From NCBI GenBank assembly GCA_045646345.1, contig JAZRKN010000001.1, forward strand, positions 64,001 through 128,000: 64,000 bases of DNA, given 5' to 3'. The notes under the pieces are model-generated. The model was not told the DNA's origin. It did not search any database and worked only from the letters and a program-made list of their open reading frames with translations. Of this stretch, positions 39,489 to 50,722 are shown one piece after another. Origin of the DNA: Candidatus Scatovivens sp. (lineage in GTDB: Bacteria; Bacillota; Clostridia; TANB77; CAG-508). Made by a program: the position numbers and the translations under genes. The stretch's first letter is position 1. Every line of letters starts with the position of its first letter.

Positions 39489-41768
39489 TTATCTTCCTTT
39501 TATTTGAGCAACATAACCGTTTTCGTTTTCAAATAGAATTTCGATTTCACTCATTTCTCTAATTTGTTTTATCTCTTCTTTATATGCATCTTGTCTTTGC
39601 ATTTCATCCCAAACAAATTTTACTAAATATTTTCTTTCTGAATTATTTAATCCATCTTTTACTGAATATGGATAATTTGCGTCTTGTACAAAATTTTGAT
39701 AAGGCATTTTTTCTGATGTTAGTTCCATCATTGCAGTAGCCCAAATTCTGTTATAATATCCATCCGTCATTAATATAATATTGTCTGCACTTAAATCTTT
39801 TACATTATCTCTTGCCCAAAGAGCAATCTCCACAGAACCTTCATTAAAATTTGAAGTCATATCTATTAATTTTCTATAATTACAATTTTCATCAAAATAT
39901 ATTCCCACAAAATTTGGAAGTGCATGTTTTTCAACTTCTCCTATTACATGACCAGCTTTTATCCAAACCCAACTGCATACAAATAATCCCCAAATTATTA
40001 CATATACATATCCTGATATACATATTTTTTCTAAATCTATTTTTTTAATAATATTTTGAATACAATTTAATAATTTTGTTAATTTTATTTTTGAAGCAAT
40101 TTTTTCTATAATTTCATTTATTTTTTCTAAATTAATTTTTCTATTTAATCCCGGAACAGCCGTATAGAAAATTAAAAATGCAAACATAAATAATTTATAT
40201 ACAGTGTTTAAAGGTGCACCACTTAATATTTTGTAAAGTGCTAATATTGAAATAATTGCAATCCAATTTATTTTTCTTCCTTTTAATACATCCCCTAATA
40301 AAAGATATATCATCATAACAACTGCAAATATCTTCAAAATTATATAAGACGGAACTGCTTTAAACGTCAAAAATGCATATAGTAATCCAAATAGAACTAT
40401 ATCTATTCTTATATTTTTTTCATCTACAAATTTATTTATCAATTCTGCGGTTACATTAAATATAACAATCCATAAAATATAATAAGTTTTTAACATATAA
40501 TATTCAGACACGTATCCAAATGCCATGCCTATATTTAGAAGAGCAAAAAATCCAACAATTATAACTGCAAAAATGTCCGAATATTCTAACTGTTTATTTT
40601 TGAATTTTTTAACAAATTCAAAAGCATACATTATTGCAAATGGTATATATGCAAAGAAATTTAAATATCTTTCTTTATATATTTCACCATCAATTTTTAA
40701 AGCATCAACTAAATTGGTTTGACCTTCTATAAAAAATGTTGGTATAAATAAATATCCAATTCCAGCAGCTGTTACTATTAATAGTAAGCTTGTTATTAAT
40801 ATCGTTGTTTTCTTAAAGAATTTAAAATAAGTTTTTCCTTCTTGAGTAAAATCTTTTAAGAAACAGTATATACATATAGCAGCAAATATTGCTGGTACAA
40901 ATAAACAATATGAAAAGATCAATCCAGTTGCTAGTAATACAATCAGTGGAACAACAATTTTTCTAAAAATATTTTCTTTAGAATATAACATTTCCACCAC
41001 TGGTACTAGCATTGCAACCATTGCTATCCCTACTGATAAATATGAAAATCCAAAAATCCAAGAATTATATGGATAACCATACATATATAATGCAAATAAA
41101 ACTAAACTTCCAATTAATCCTCTTTTGGTTTTTATTTTATCTATAAAACAACTGTAAAACGCCAATCCACTTATGAATAGAACTATAACTTCAAATATTT
41201 GATATATGTAGCAATGTTCTAGTCCTGTAATTCCATTTATTACATTCATAAATATACCATCATTAATATAGGCGCCAGTTTGCATTACATTAAAATTAAA
41301 AAATGTTTTATCTTCTACATTTATAAATATTTTTAAATTATCTGAATAATGTTTTGCAGCACGATAATGCACTGCAGAATCTACAGCTCTATGAGTTATA
41401 TCTCCATTATGAATATATAAATCTTTAAAAAACATTACTCCAAAAATAACAAAAATCAATAATAATCCAGCTACACTTAATTTTGAAACACTGTATTTTT
41501 GAATTTCTTTTTTTACAACCGCTTTATACCCTAAAATCATTGAAAATACTAAATTTATTAAAGATAAAAGCCATAAATGTGAAGTAATATTTAAAAGACC
41601 AAGTAACATTCCTAAGAAAATATTGTATCCAAAAAATGTTACTGTAAAAATTATTAACCATTTAATGAAATTTAATTTTTCATTTGTCTTTTTAAACAAC
41701 ATAAATGCTACAGCTAATACTATAACTGATAGTACATATAATATCTCCATTGTTTTTTCCTTTCTCAA
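39489..41768 (-). CDS. Polytopic membrane protein, GT-C-like (paralog A, longer)
   Basis: VDSAVHY, MQTGAYIN, GFSYLSV, IFSYCLFVP shared with paralog B. Confidence 0.65.
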   Translation of the reverse strand: MRKEKTMEILYVLSVIVLAVAFMLFKKTNEKLNFIKWLIIFTVTFFGYNIFLGMLLGLLNITSHLWLLSLINLVFSMILGYKAVVKKEIQKYSVSKLSVAGLLLIFVIFGVMFFKDLYIHNGDITHRAVDSAVHYRAAKHYSDNLKIFINVEDKTFFNFNVMQTGAYINDGIFMNVINGITGLEHCYIYQIFEVIVLFISGLAFYSCFIDKIKTKRGLIGSLVLFALYMYGYPYNSWIFGFSYLSVGIAMVAMLVPVVEMLYSKENIFRKIVVPLIVLLATGLIFSYCLFVPAIFAAICIYCFLKDFTQEGKTYFKFFKKTTILITSLLLIVTAAGIGYLFIPTFFIEGQTNLVDALKIDGEIYKERYLNFFAYIPFAIMYAFEFVKKFKNKQLEYSDIFAVIIVGFFALLNIGMAFGYVSEYYMLKTYYILWIVIFNVTAELINKFVDEKNIRIDIVLFGLLYAFLTFKAVPSYIILKIFAVVMMIYLLLGDVLKGRKINWIAIISILALYKILSGAPLNTVYKLFMFAFLIFYTAVPGLNRKINLEKINEIIEKIASKIKLTKLLNCIQNIIKKIDLEKICISGYVYVIIWGLFVCSWVWIKAGHVIGEVEKHALPNFVGIYFDENCNYRKLIDMTSNFNEGSVEIALWARDNVKDLSADNIILMTDGYYNRIWATAMMELTSEKMPYQNFVQDANYPYSVKDGLNNSERKYLVKFVWDEMQRQDAYKEEIKQIREMSEIEILFENENGYVAQIKGR

Positions 41769-41790
41769 ACAACTTTAATTGCTAAAATAA

Positions 41791-43038
41791 TTAACAATTC
41801 ATTTTTTTGCGTTCTTTATACAAAATTACTCTTGTTGCTATTACATATAGAATAAATTGAATAGCCAAAGTTGTTGTACACGAGAATGTTGCCCCATTTA
41901 TTCCAAACTTCTTAACTAGAACAGTTGAACCAATAAACGCAATTATCATTGATGCAACATAAATTACAAATTGAACAAAAGTATGTCTTATTGTTGTTAA
42001 AGTTACTAAATTTATATAAGAAATTGCATAGAATATATATGAACCTATAATCACACATAAATTCATTCTGTATGCGGTTAAATCTAATCCATAAACTAAA
42101 CCTAAAAATTCTGGTCCGATTAAGAATGCAGCTAAAACTGCAAAAGCTCCGAACGCAATAACTATAAGTTTTATTTTAAAAGTTACTTGATCCATTTCTT
42201 TTAATTGTTTATTTTCATACATTTCTTTCATTTTTCCTAAAAATGGCATTACTATAAATTGTGTAAATAATGTCATAACTGTTGCTGGCATCATTATATA
42301 ACCATAAATCGCTTGAATATCTTCTGTTAAGAAACTATCAATAGCATATTTAGGTGCATTTAAAATATATATTCCAGCAAAAGAATTTACAAAAACAAAA
42401 AATTCACTTTTAAAAATCGAAAGAACATTTGATTTATCAATCTTTCTTGTACTATCTATTAGCTTTCTTGTTATCATGAAATAATCAAAAATAGCTAATA
42501 CTAAAATATTTACAAGTATTACAGCAAAACAAGCCCATCTTAAATCTCTCGTGATTAAATCTACAATTAAAAACGCTGCTATTCCTATAAATCCTTTTAA
42601 ACTCAAAGATTGCCCTGATTTATATAAAATATCATTTTTCTGCATTACGCCATATAGAATATCAGAAAAAGCTTCTATTCCCTTAAAAATCGCAAGTAAT
42701 GCAAAAATTGTAGTTTTAAAACCAGAATATTGTTGAATCACAAGAAATCCTGCAGCCCCAACAAACATCATTAAGCAAGTTATAATTCTATTTGTTATAT
42801 AATCTTTATCAGATATTTTATTTTCAATATCCGTAACTTGACAAAGTCTTCCTGAATACATTGCTAATGTATAAAGTATTGTTGCTGTTGCATAAGCAAT
42901 TGAAAATATTCCAGCTGTATGTATATCATTAACTCTTGTTACTATTATTAAGAAAAATAATGAGTTAAAAGAGTTTATTCCTGTTCCTAAACTATTCCAT
43001 ATAAAGTTTTTCAAAAATAACTTTTTCTCTGAATCCAT
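41791..43038 (-). CDS. Wzx/MOP-family oligosaccharide flippase
   Basis: About 12 TMs; NFIWNSLG, AGIFSIAYA, NAPKYAID. Confidence 0.8.
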   Translation of the reverse strand: MDSEKKLFLKNFIWNSLGTGINSFNSLFFLIIVTRVNDIHTAGIFSIAYATATILYTLAMYSGRLCQVTDIENKISDKDYITNRIITCLMMFVGAAGFLVIQQYSGFKTTIFALLAIFKGIEAFSDILYGVMQKNDILYKSGQSLSLKGFIGIAAFLIVDLITRDLRWACFAVILVNILVLAIFDYFMITRKLIDSTRKIDKSNVLSIFKSEFFVFVNSFAGIYILNAPKYAIDSFLTEDIQAIYGYIMMPATVMTLFTQFIVMPFLGKMKEMYENKQLKEMDQVTFKIKLIVIAFGAFAVLAAFLIGPEFLGLVYGLDLTAYRMNLCVIIGSYIFYAISYINLVTLTTIRHTFVQFVIYVASMIIAFIGSTVLVKKFGINGATFSCTTTLAIQFILYVIATRVILYKERKKMNC

Positions 43039-43947
43039 TTATAAAACTCCTATTAAAAATATTACTCTTATCATTAAATCATCCATTACATTATTTCTAA
43101 GTTGTTTTGGATAAAATGCTTTCTTTAATGCATTTTTAAAAGAGTATTCTTCATTTGAAAATAAATCTATAATATTTTTATTTTCTTCAGACAATTCATA
43201 ATAGTAATAGTCTTTAAAATTTAACATTTGTTGTTTTATATCCTTCATTCCATCATTAAATAACAAATGTTTTATTCTCCATACTAATAATCTAAAATAT
43301 CCTTGCCCTTCAGAAGTTGCATTTTCTTTTCTTCTTCTGTATTTAACTGTTGTTACATTATCATAAGCAACATTTCCAAGTCCTACACACAAAAGATATG
43401 TCCACCAATCATGAAAGAAACATGTTTTAGGAGTACTTTCTATTATCATATCTCTTGTTTTTTTGTTTACCGTCATTGTCATTCCTTGACCACAGCAAGA
43501 AAATAAAGATCTTAAAAATGAATATTTTTTATTTTTAGGACCGCTTCCTAAAAATTTCATTTCTTCATCATAATAATCTGAATTTCCAAATGCCATATTA
43601 GGTTTTGAATCATCTAATTTATTCAAAGAATTTACTGCAAGTTCTATTTTATTTTCAATCCAAACATCATCTTGATCTGCATAAGCATAGTAATCAGCCT
43701 CAGCAAGTTTCAATAATTCAAAAAAACTTTTTATAAAACCTAAGTTTTCTCCTTGATGTAATATGATATTAGAATTCTTTTCCATATATTCTTTTACAAT
43801 GGCTATTGTATTATCTTTAGAACCATCATCTCTTACAATTATTTCGATATTTTTATATGTTTGATTTAATATAGAATCTAATTGTTCTTTTATAAATTTT
43901 TCGCCATTATATGTAGACATTATTACTGCTACTTTTTTGTTTTCCAT
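43039..43947 (-). CDS. GT2 glycosyltransferase (RgpB/RfbF-like rhamnosyltransferase)
   Basis: MSTYNGEKF, RDDGS, ADQDDVW, HDWW. Confidence 0.9.
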   Translation of the reverse strand: MENKKVAVIMSTYNGEKFIKEQLDSILNQTYKNIEIIVRDDGSKDNTIAIVKEYMEKNSNIILHQGENLGFIKSFFELLKLAEADYYAYADQDDVWIENKIELAVNSLNKLDDSKPNMAFGNSDYYDEEMKFLGSGPKNKKYSFLRSLFSCCGQGMTMTVNKKTRDMIIESTPKTCFFHDWWTYLLCVGLGNVAYDNVTTVKYRRRKENATSEGQGYFRLLVWRIKHLLFNDGMKDIKQQMLNFKDYYYYELSEENKNIIDLFSNEEYSFKNALKKAFYPKQLRNNVMDDLMIRVIFLIGVL

Positions 43948-43967
43948 TTTTTTCTAGATACCTTTCG

Positions 43968-46196
43968 TTATTTTACTTTAAAAATATACATTCCATCTTC
44001 ATCATATACTTTTTCAAAATCAACATCTAATCCATATTCATCTGAATTGATATCTTTATCCTTTGAAAGAATATATTTTATCCCTAATTTTTCTAAATCT
44101 TTATAATTTAAATTTATAGAAATATTGTCTGCAAATAACAATTGAATATTTGATTCTTCATTTATTATTGTGCAGTTTACATGTGCATATCTATTATAAA
44201 TTTCTTTTTGTTTTTCTGCATCTTCTCCTAGGATTTGTTCATACATTTCAATATTTGGATAAATATTAGTAGAATTTAATGTACGAATTCCACTCGCAAG
44301 AGCATAGTCATTTAAATACCAATTATCTCCAACCACAACCCAAATCGCTTCTGGATCTTGAGATTTTATTTCTTGCATTTTTTGTGCAACTGGTTTTTTA
44401 TAAAAAATATCTGTAGTTCTAATAACAGGATTTACTCTAAGACCAGTTATTAATGCTACTGTAATTAATACATACATTGTATAATTTCTTGCTTTTTCAT
44501 TGTGTATATTCATAACTCCTAAAAATACTGCTAAATATACTAATGAACCAATTATAATTTTACCATTATCTAAATATTGATATCCATCTGCTCCTACAGC
44601 AATTGTTGAAAACGCTTTATAAGCAACATATATTGTTGAAATTATCGCAAATGTACAAGCAACATATTTATTAAATAATTTATCTTCTTTTTTTATACTT
44701 CCTAATAAATAGATTAATATATATATACATGCAGTTCCAAGTGGTACTGATACTCTACAAGCAGTTGTCATTGACATCAAACTCATATTTGCAAGCCAAG
44801 CCGGGAAACCATACACACACCAAACACTTAAGAAACCTGCTACCACAAGCATTGGTATCCAGAAGTGTAAATCTTTTTTATTTCTTATAGCATATATTAA
44901 TCCAAGAAGCATTGGTATTGGGAATAGTGATAACATAGAAGTATATTCACAAGGATTTAATGGGTATTCTTCAAAAGTAAAGAATATATTATAAAAATAT
45001 GAATAGTTGTTAATAGCTCCTCCACCAATTTCTTGTCTATCTCCAGGATAATCAGTATTCATTGTTGCATCTATTGCATCTTTTGAAAAAATGTACCATC
45101 TTCCAATTAATAAAGCTAAACATACAATTGTCATAACAATGACTAAAACATCATGTAACGTAAATCTATAATTTCCATATTTTATATTTTTGATCAAAAT
45201 CCACGCAACTAATGCTAAGAATAAATATCCAAAAGATATTTGCCATGCTGGATATAATTCTAAAACATAGGATAATCCAGCAATTAAAATTCCTAATGCG
45301 CACAGATATTTATTTTTCTTCTTATCTGTATTCATAAATTTATCTAGTAAAACAATTACTATTTGTCCGTATATCAAAACATGCATACAATACCACCATT
45401 GTACTGCTGCTGAGAAAGTTATTACTAACATTCCACATAAAGATAATTTTTTATTTCTATTTGTAAGAATTAAACATAGTTCGTATGCTCCAAGCATCAT
45501 TGCAACTAATCTTCCATACCAATAAAAACTTAATCCCATATCATTTCCAAAAAGTAAAAATCCAATTTGAAACGGTCTTCCAAGCATTAATATGTCAAAC
45601 ACCGGTGCTTTAGCAACAGTAAACATTTCTGTTTCTGTTCCCCTTAAAACATTTCCAAAATAACTAAACGGTGTTGTTGAATTTGCTTGTGATAATATAT
45701 AAGGTGTTGAAGTTGCCCATTCATCAGTTCTTATTGTTCTTGCAGTTCCAAGCAACGGATGAAATCTTGTATCATCATGTTGTGGTTGAATTGCAGCAAA
45801 AGCATGGAAATGAGTTATTGAAGAACCTGAATATTTAAATATCATTACAAACAACAAAAAGGCACAAGCAATTTTGTACCTATTTTTATGAATAAACTCA
45901 TACATATTTGACAATTTAAATACGAAATGTATTCCAATAAACATATAGATTATTGAAACTAATATTATTCTGTTTTTTGAAATAAATTGTGGATACCATC
46001 TTCTAAATATTGTATATTCACAAATTGTTGCAAATGCTAAAGCAGCAAATGCAACTAATATTAATTTTGTTTTTGTGAAATTATCTTTATTTAGAAAATA
46101 CAACAATTTACTTATAATTTTGTTTTCATTACAAATTTCTTTTGTTTTATCAGTAATTTTTTTCATTGCTGATTTTATTTTTTCAATAACTTTCAT
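43968..46196 (-). CDS. Polytopic membrane protein, GT-C-like (RxDEW motif)
   Basis: LGTARTIRTDEW..STP...SQ, YPAWQI, T.YPG.R, YNRYAH; many TMs. Confidence 0.65.
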   Translation of the reverse strand: MKVIEKIKSAMKKITDKTKEICNENKIISKLLYFLNKDNFTKTKLILVAFAALAFATICEYTIFRRWYPQFISKNRIILVSIIYMFIGIHFVFKLSNMYEFIHKNRYKIACAFLLFVMIFKYSGSSITHFHAFAAIQPQHDDTRFHPLLGTARTIRTDEWATSTPYILSQANSTTPFSYFGNVLRGTETEMFTVAKAPVFDILMLGRPFQIGFLLFGNDMGLSFYWYGRLVAMMLGAYELCLILTNRNKKLSLCGMLVITFSAAVQWWYCMHVLIYGQIVIVLLDKFMNTDKKKNKYLCALGILIAGLSYVLELYPAWQISFGYLFLALVAWILIKNIKYGNYRFTLHDVLVIVMTIVCLALLIGRWYIFSKDAIDATMNTDYPGDRQEIGGGAINNYSYFYNIFFTFEEYPLNPCEYTSMLSLFPIPMLLGLIYAIRNKKDLHFWIPMLVVAGFLSVWCVYGFPAWLANMSLMSMTTACRVSVPLGTACIYILIYLLGSIKKEDKLFNKYVACTFAIISTIYVAYKAFSTIAVGADGYQYLDNGKIIIGSLVYLAVFLGVMNIHNEKARNYTMYVLITVALITGLRVNPVIRTTDIFYKKPVAQKMQEIKSQDPEAIWVVVGDNWYLNDYALASGIRTLNSTNIYPNIEMYEQILGEDAEKQKEIYNRYAHVNCTIINEESNIQLLFADNISINLNYKDLEKLGIKYILSKDKDINSDEYGLDVDFEKVYDEDGMYIFKVK

Positions 46197-46215
46197 TCTT
46201 TTTCCTTTTTCGTTT

Positions 46216-47253
46216 TTACCATTTTACTTCTAATTTAAGTACATCTAATACAAATCTATTTACCCAAATATAAACTATTGGAATATGAAGTCTGTAACAT
46301 AAATGTACTCCCCATATTAAGAAAGATTTTAATCCTCCTTTAATACAATGACCTAATTTATAATGTCTACATTTTCTCCAATCTGGAAATTCTGTATCTA
46401 AATATTTAATAATTTCTTTTAAAGCTTTGTTTATATTAACTTCTTTATCATAAGAAAGCATAAATGCCCAAGAAATTGCTAAATGTAAAAATGCCATTGC
46501 AGATAATGTTTCTTTATAATCATTATATTTACCTATTTTTTTAGCATTATCTCTTGTTACAATTAAATATCTTTTCAAGTTTTCAATATCTTTTTCATTC
46601 ATATTATGAATTTGAGAACTTGAACGTAAATAGTAATGATATAAAACATCTGGAATAAATGTTAATTTTTTCGCTCCATACATGTAAGAATGAATTAAAA
46701 ATAAAGTATCATTACATCCTCTAAAAGGTAAAAATTCTAAGTCTTTTACTAGTTCTCTTCTATATAATTTATTCCATAAAGAAGGGTTAGCATAAACTAT
46801 AAAATCGTCATTCCAATCAACATCTTTATTCATTGTTCCATGTTGTGTCATTTCTGTAGATACTGTTTTTCCTGTATCTAAATCTACTCTGTCATATCCT
46901 GAAAAAGCAATATCAGCATCATTTTCTTTGGCTGCATTATATAGTTTTTCAGCCCAAGTAACTTCTGGAACATCATCACTATCAATAAAACCTACATATT
47001 CGCCTGTAGCTTCTTTTAATCCATAAGTTCTAGCAGACCATTCTCCACCATTTTGTTTATGGAATGTTTTTACTTTATTTGGATATCTCGATTTATAATC
47101 TTCAATAATTTGTGGTGCAGAATCTTTTGATCCATCATTTACACAAATGATTTCTATATCTTCTAATGTTTGATTTACTAAAGCATCCAAACATCTTGGT
47201 ACATATTTTTCTAAATTATAAATTGGTACTACAACTGATACTTTGGGAGCCAT
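46216..47253 (-). CDS. GT2 glycosyltransferase
   Basis: VSVVVPIYN, VNDGS, FIDSDD, WNKLYR. Confidence 0.9.
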   Translation of the reverse strand: MAPKVSVVVPIYNLEKYVPRCLDALVNQTLEDIEIICVNDGSKDSAPQIIEDYKSRYPNKVKTFHKQNGGEWSARTYGLKEATGEYVGFIDSDDVPEVTWAEKLYNAAKENDADIAFSGYDRVDLDTGKTVSTEMTQHGTMNKDVDWNDDFIVYANPSLWNKLYRRELVKDLEFLPFRGCNDTLFLIHSYMYGAKKLTFIPDVLYHYYLRSSSQIHNMNEKDIENLKRYLIVTRDNAKKIGKYNDYKETLSAMAFLHLAISWAFMLSYDKEVNINKALKEIIKYLDTEFPDWRKCRHYKLGHCIKGGLKSFLIWGVHLCYRLHIPIVYIWVNRFVLDVLKLEVKW

Positions 47254-47254
47254 T

Positions 47255-48205
47255 TTATTTTTCCTTTCTATCTTTCTTTAAAATTCTTTCACAATCTATT
47301 AATCTCATTTCAAATGTTTGTCTTGCATCTCTTATAATATTATCTAATGTTAATCCTGTAAATAATGATTGTAATGTACAAACAAACATTAACATACTTA
47401 CAATTATTGATGGAACTTTAATTTCTCCAGTTTTAAATAAAGCAATAATTGCTGGTATAACAAATACCATTCCTGCTACAAACATAAAAAACGCAATTAT
47501 TGAGAAGAAATTTAATGGTTTATAATTTTTGTAAAAACCAAATATTGTTTTAATTACTTTAATTCCATCTGGAATTGTATTTAATTTTGAAGGACTATCT
47601 GCTGGTCTGTCTCTATATTCAATTATTACATTCTTAACTTTCATGTTTTTATCCAAACAATGAATTGTCATTTCTGTTTCAAGTTCAAAACCTTTTGACA
47701 TTACTGGGAATGTTTTAACAAATTTATAACTAAATGCTCTTAAACCTGTCATAACGTCTCTTATATCACTTTTATAAATACTATTTATTAAAGCTCTTAC
47801 AGTAACATTTCCAACATTATGGAATGGTCTTTTATTTTCTTTAAAATATGTAGACGAAAGTCTATCTCCTATAACCATATCTACATTTTCATCTAAAACT
47901 GCATTTATCATTTCTCTAGCACTTTCAGCTGGATATGTATCGTCACCATCAACCATTACATAGCATTCTGCGTCTATTTCTCTAAACATGGTTCTAATAA
48001 CATTTCCTTTTCCTTGTCTAGTTTCATATCTAACTATAGCTCCAGCTTCTTTCGCTATTTTATCTGTTCCATCTTTTGAATTATTATCATACACATAAAT
48101 TGTTGCTTCTGGTATTTCTCTTTTAAAATCTTCTACAACTTTTTTTATTGTTTTTGCTTCATTATAGCAAGGTATTAAAACTGCTATTTTGTCCATATTT
48201 TTCAA
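47255..48205 (-). CDS. Polyprenol-phosphate glycosyltransferase (GtrB/DPM1-like GT2, two C-terminal TMs)
   Basis: IPCYNE, YDNNS.D, QGKG, VDGDDTY, GFELETE, SKLNTI.DG. Confidence 0.9.
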   Translation of the reverse strand: MKNMDKIAVLIPCYNEAKTIKKVVEDFKREIPEATIYVYDNNSKDGTDKIAKEAGAIVRYETRQGKGNVIRTMFREIDAECYVMVDGDDTYPAESAREMINAVLDENVDMVIGDRLSSTYFKENKRPFHNVGNVTVRALINSIYKSDIRDVMTGLRAFSYKFVKTFPVMSKGFELETEMTIHCLDKNMKVKNVIIEYRDRPADSPSKLNTIPDGIKVIKTIFGFYKNYKPLNFFSIIAFFMFVAGMVFVIPAIIALFKTGEIKVPSIIVSMLMFVCTLQSLFTGLTLDNIIRDARQTFEMRLIDCERILKKDRKEK

Positions 48206-48306
48206 TTCCTTTCAAAATCCATTTTTTTCGTTTTTATTATAACATATAATTACATTTTTTCAAATAATATTTATGCTTTTTATCTTTTGTTTTTTTGGCT
48301 ATTTTT

Positions 48307-48843
48307 CTAAGCTTTTTCTTCTGTTTTTGATTCTTTTTTAAATATTATTAATTTGCTAAAAACATAGTTACTTAGTATTACTACAACTTGTGCAAATACA
48401 GACCATATAGCAACCCATAAATTACTATCTAACCCTAGGAATGTTACAAAGAAGAACATTATTACCATTTCCATTCCTAATGTAACAAGTCTTGCTGTAA
48501 CAAAAGATACAGCTTCCTTTAAAATTTTATCTGAATTGCTTTTAAAAACTAAAACCCTATTAGTAAAATAAGCAAACACACAAGCTACAATCCATGATAT
48601 TATTACAGCTGTTTGAAGTTCAAACTCATTTGATGCATCTAATATTGTAAATAAAAGTAAAAATTTAACACCCAAATTAATTATTGTAGCTAGCGCTCCG
48701 AAAACTAAATATCTCATTCCTTCTAAATGATTTCTATAAATATCCGCTATTTTCTTTAATTTTATTTTATCTAAAATATTTAAAAAGAAATTTTCTATTG
48801 TTTCTAGAATTTCCATTGATTTTGATTTTTCTTCGTTTTCCAT
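48307..48843 (-). CDS. GtrA-family flippase
   Basis: RYLVFG.LAT, FAYFTNR..VF, NYVFSKLIIF; four TMs. Confidence 0.9.
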   Translation of the reverse strand: MENEEKSKSMEILETIENFFLNILDKIKLKKIADIYRNHLEGMRYLVFGALATIINLGVKFLLLFTILDASNEFELQTAVIISWIVACVFAYFTNRVLVFKSNSDKILKEAVSFVTARLVTLGMEMVIMFFFVTFLGLDSNLWVAIWSVFAQVVVILSNYVFSKLIIFKKESKTEEKA

Positions 48844-48864
48844 CTTTCTACCTTCCAATTTAAT

Positions 48865-50679
48865 CTATTCCATATCAATATCATAATTACAAGTCTTTCT
48901 TGTAAAATTGATATTGTAATATGGATCATAGTCTACATATTTTTTCCACTTTTCTTTAAAGTTTTTTGATTCTTGATTAAATCTTTCTTCTTGTTGTTTG
49001 GTATATTCATAACCTCTTGATTTTGATTCATAATGAACAAGTTCAACATATGGATTATAAATATTTCTGTAACCTTTTTCTAAAAGTTTCAGACAAAAAT
49101 CAACATCATTAAATGCAACTTTAAATTTCTCTTCGTCCATAAATCCAACTTCTTCATAAAGTTCTCTTCTACAAAGTAAACAAGCACCAGTAACTGCTGC
49201 CACATTTCTAGTAGCTGATTCTCTTCCAAAATAAGCATGTTTTCCATAAGGCAAATTAACAAGCATATTTCCAGCTATACCCGAAAGACCTATTATTATT
49301 CCTGCATGCTGAATAGTTTTATCTTCATAGTAAAGTCTTGCACCTACCGCACCAATTTCTTTATTTTGTGCATATCCTATCATATATTCTAACCATTCAG
49401 GATTCAAAACTTTTGTATCATTATTTAATTGAAGAACAAAATCCCCATCAACATTTTTAACTCCAAAATTGATTATTTTTGAATAGTTAAATTCTTTTAT
49501 TTCTGAATTTACAATTCTTACATTTTCATTTTTTGAAATTTCACTATAATATTCTAACGTTTCTTTTTTCTCACTATTATTTTCAATAACAACAATCTCA
49601 TAATTTTTATATGTTGTTAATTTTAATATCGAATCTATACAAGTTTTTAATAATTTGGCATTATCTTTATTTGGAATTAATATAGAAACTTTAGGATTTC
49701 CTATTATTTCATGTTTTATTTTATAAATTCCAGGAACATCTTGTCCATCTTCAACTTTCGCTTTTATTCCTATTCTATTCATATGAGCTTCCACGGCCCT
49801 TCTACCAGCTTCATAAGCATATGGTTTGGCATCTGCAACATTAGCAGTTGAACTTTTGTGAACTCTCCAATGATAAAGAATTTTTGAAATATGTACAATT
49901 TTTTTAGCCTCTCTTGTTGCTCTCAACACAAAATCAAAATCTTGTGCACCGTTAAATTCTGAATTTAATTTTCCAACTCTATCTATTAACAATTTCTTTA
50001 CCACAACAAAATGAGTTATATAATTATTGCACGCTAACGTGTCTGGAGAATAATCAGGTTTAAAATATGGTTCAAATCTTTCTTTATATTCATCAATTTT
50101 ATCTTCATCAGAATAAATAAATTCTAAATTTTCATTTTCATTTATAGCCTTTACTACTTCGTATAAAGCATCTTGAGCTAATAAATCATCATGATCTAAA
50201 AATCCAATATATTCTCCTGTAGCCATATTTATTGCACAGTTAGTATTTTCAGAAATACCTTCGTTAGCATTTAAAAATTTATATTTGATTTTTGAATTTT
50301 TTTCATAATATTGTTTCAACATTTCATTTTGTTTTTCGCTACCATCCGCCAAACATAGTTCCCAATTTGAATATGTTTGATTTTCTAAAGATTCTATAAG
50401 CTCTTTAAAAAATATTTCATCCGTATTATACATAGGAACAACAATACTAATTTTAGGAGAAATATCAAATTTATATTTTTTTTGTCTTTCAATTTCTTCA
50501 GCTGTTAATTTATGTTTCTCCATCCATATTTTATACTGTTCTTGATTAGTTTTTCTATTTTCTTTAATATGAAATATTCTTTTACAAATTTTTTTAGAAA
50601 CTTCAACAAAGCCATATCTTCTAAAATAATATTTAACTTTATTTAAATTATTTTTTATATCCATATTCTTCACTTTCAT
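48865..50679 (-). CDS. Two-domain GT2 glycosyltransferase
   Basis: LDHDD, YSDEDK, GAQDFD, LNNDT, AFNDVDFCL, DPYYN; true start may be MDIKN a few codons downstream. Confidence 0.92.
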   Translation of the reverse strand: MKVKNMDIKNNLNKVKYYFRRYGFVEVSKKICKRIFHIKENRKTNQEQYKIWMEKHKLTAEEIERQKKYKFDISPKISIVVPMYNTDEIFFKELIESLENQTYSNWELCLADGSEKQNEMLKQYYEKNSKIKYKFLNANEGISENTNCAINMATGEYIGFLDHDDLLAQDALYEVVKAINENENLEFIYSDEDKIDEYKERFEPYFKPDYSPDTLACNNYITHFVVVKKLLIDRVGKLNSEFNGAQDFDFVLRATREAKKIVHISKILYHWRVHKSSTANVADAKPYAYEAGRRAVEAHMNRIGIKAKVEDGQDVPGIYKIKHEIIGNPKVSILIPNKDNAKLLKTCIDSILKLTTYKNYEIVVIENNSEKKETLEYYSEISKNENVRIVNSEIKEFNYSKIINFGVKNVDGDFVLQLNNDTKVLNPEWLEYMIGYAQNKEIGAVGARLYYEDKTIQHAGIIIGLSGIAGNMLVNLPYGKHAYFGRESATRNVAAVTGACLLCRRELYEEVGFMDEEKFKVAFNDVDFCLKLLEKGYRNIYNPYVELVHYESKSRGYEYTKQQEERFNQESKNFKEKWKKYVDYDPYYNINFTRKTCNYDIDME

Positions 50680-50722
50680 TTGAGAACTTGCATTTTATAA
50701 AATACAAGTTCTCATTATATTT

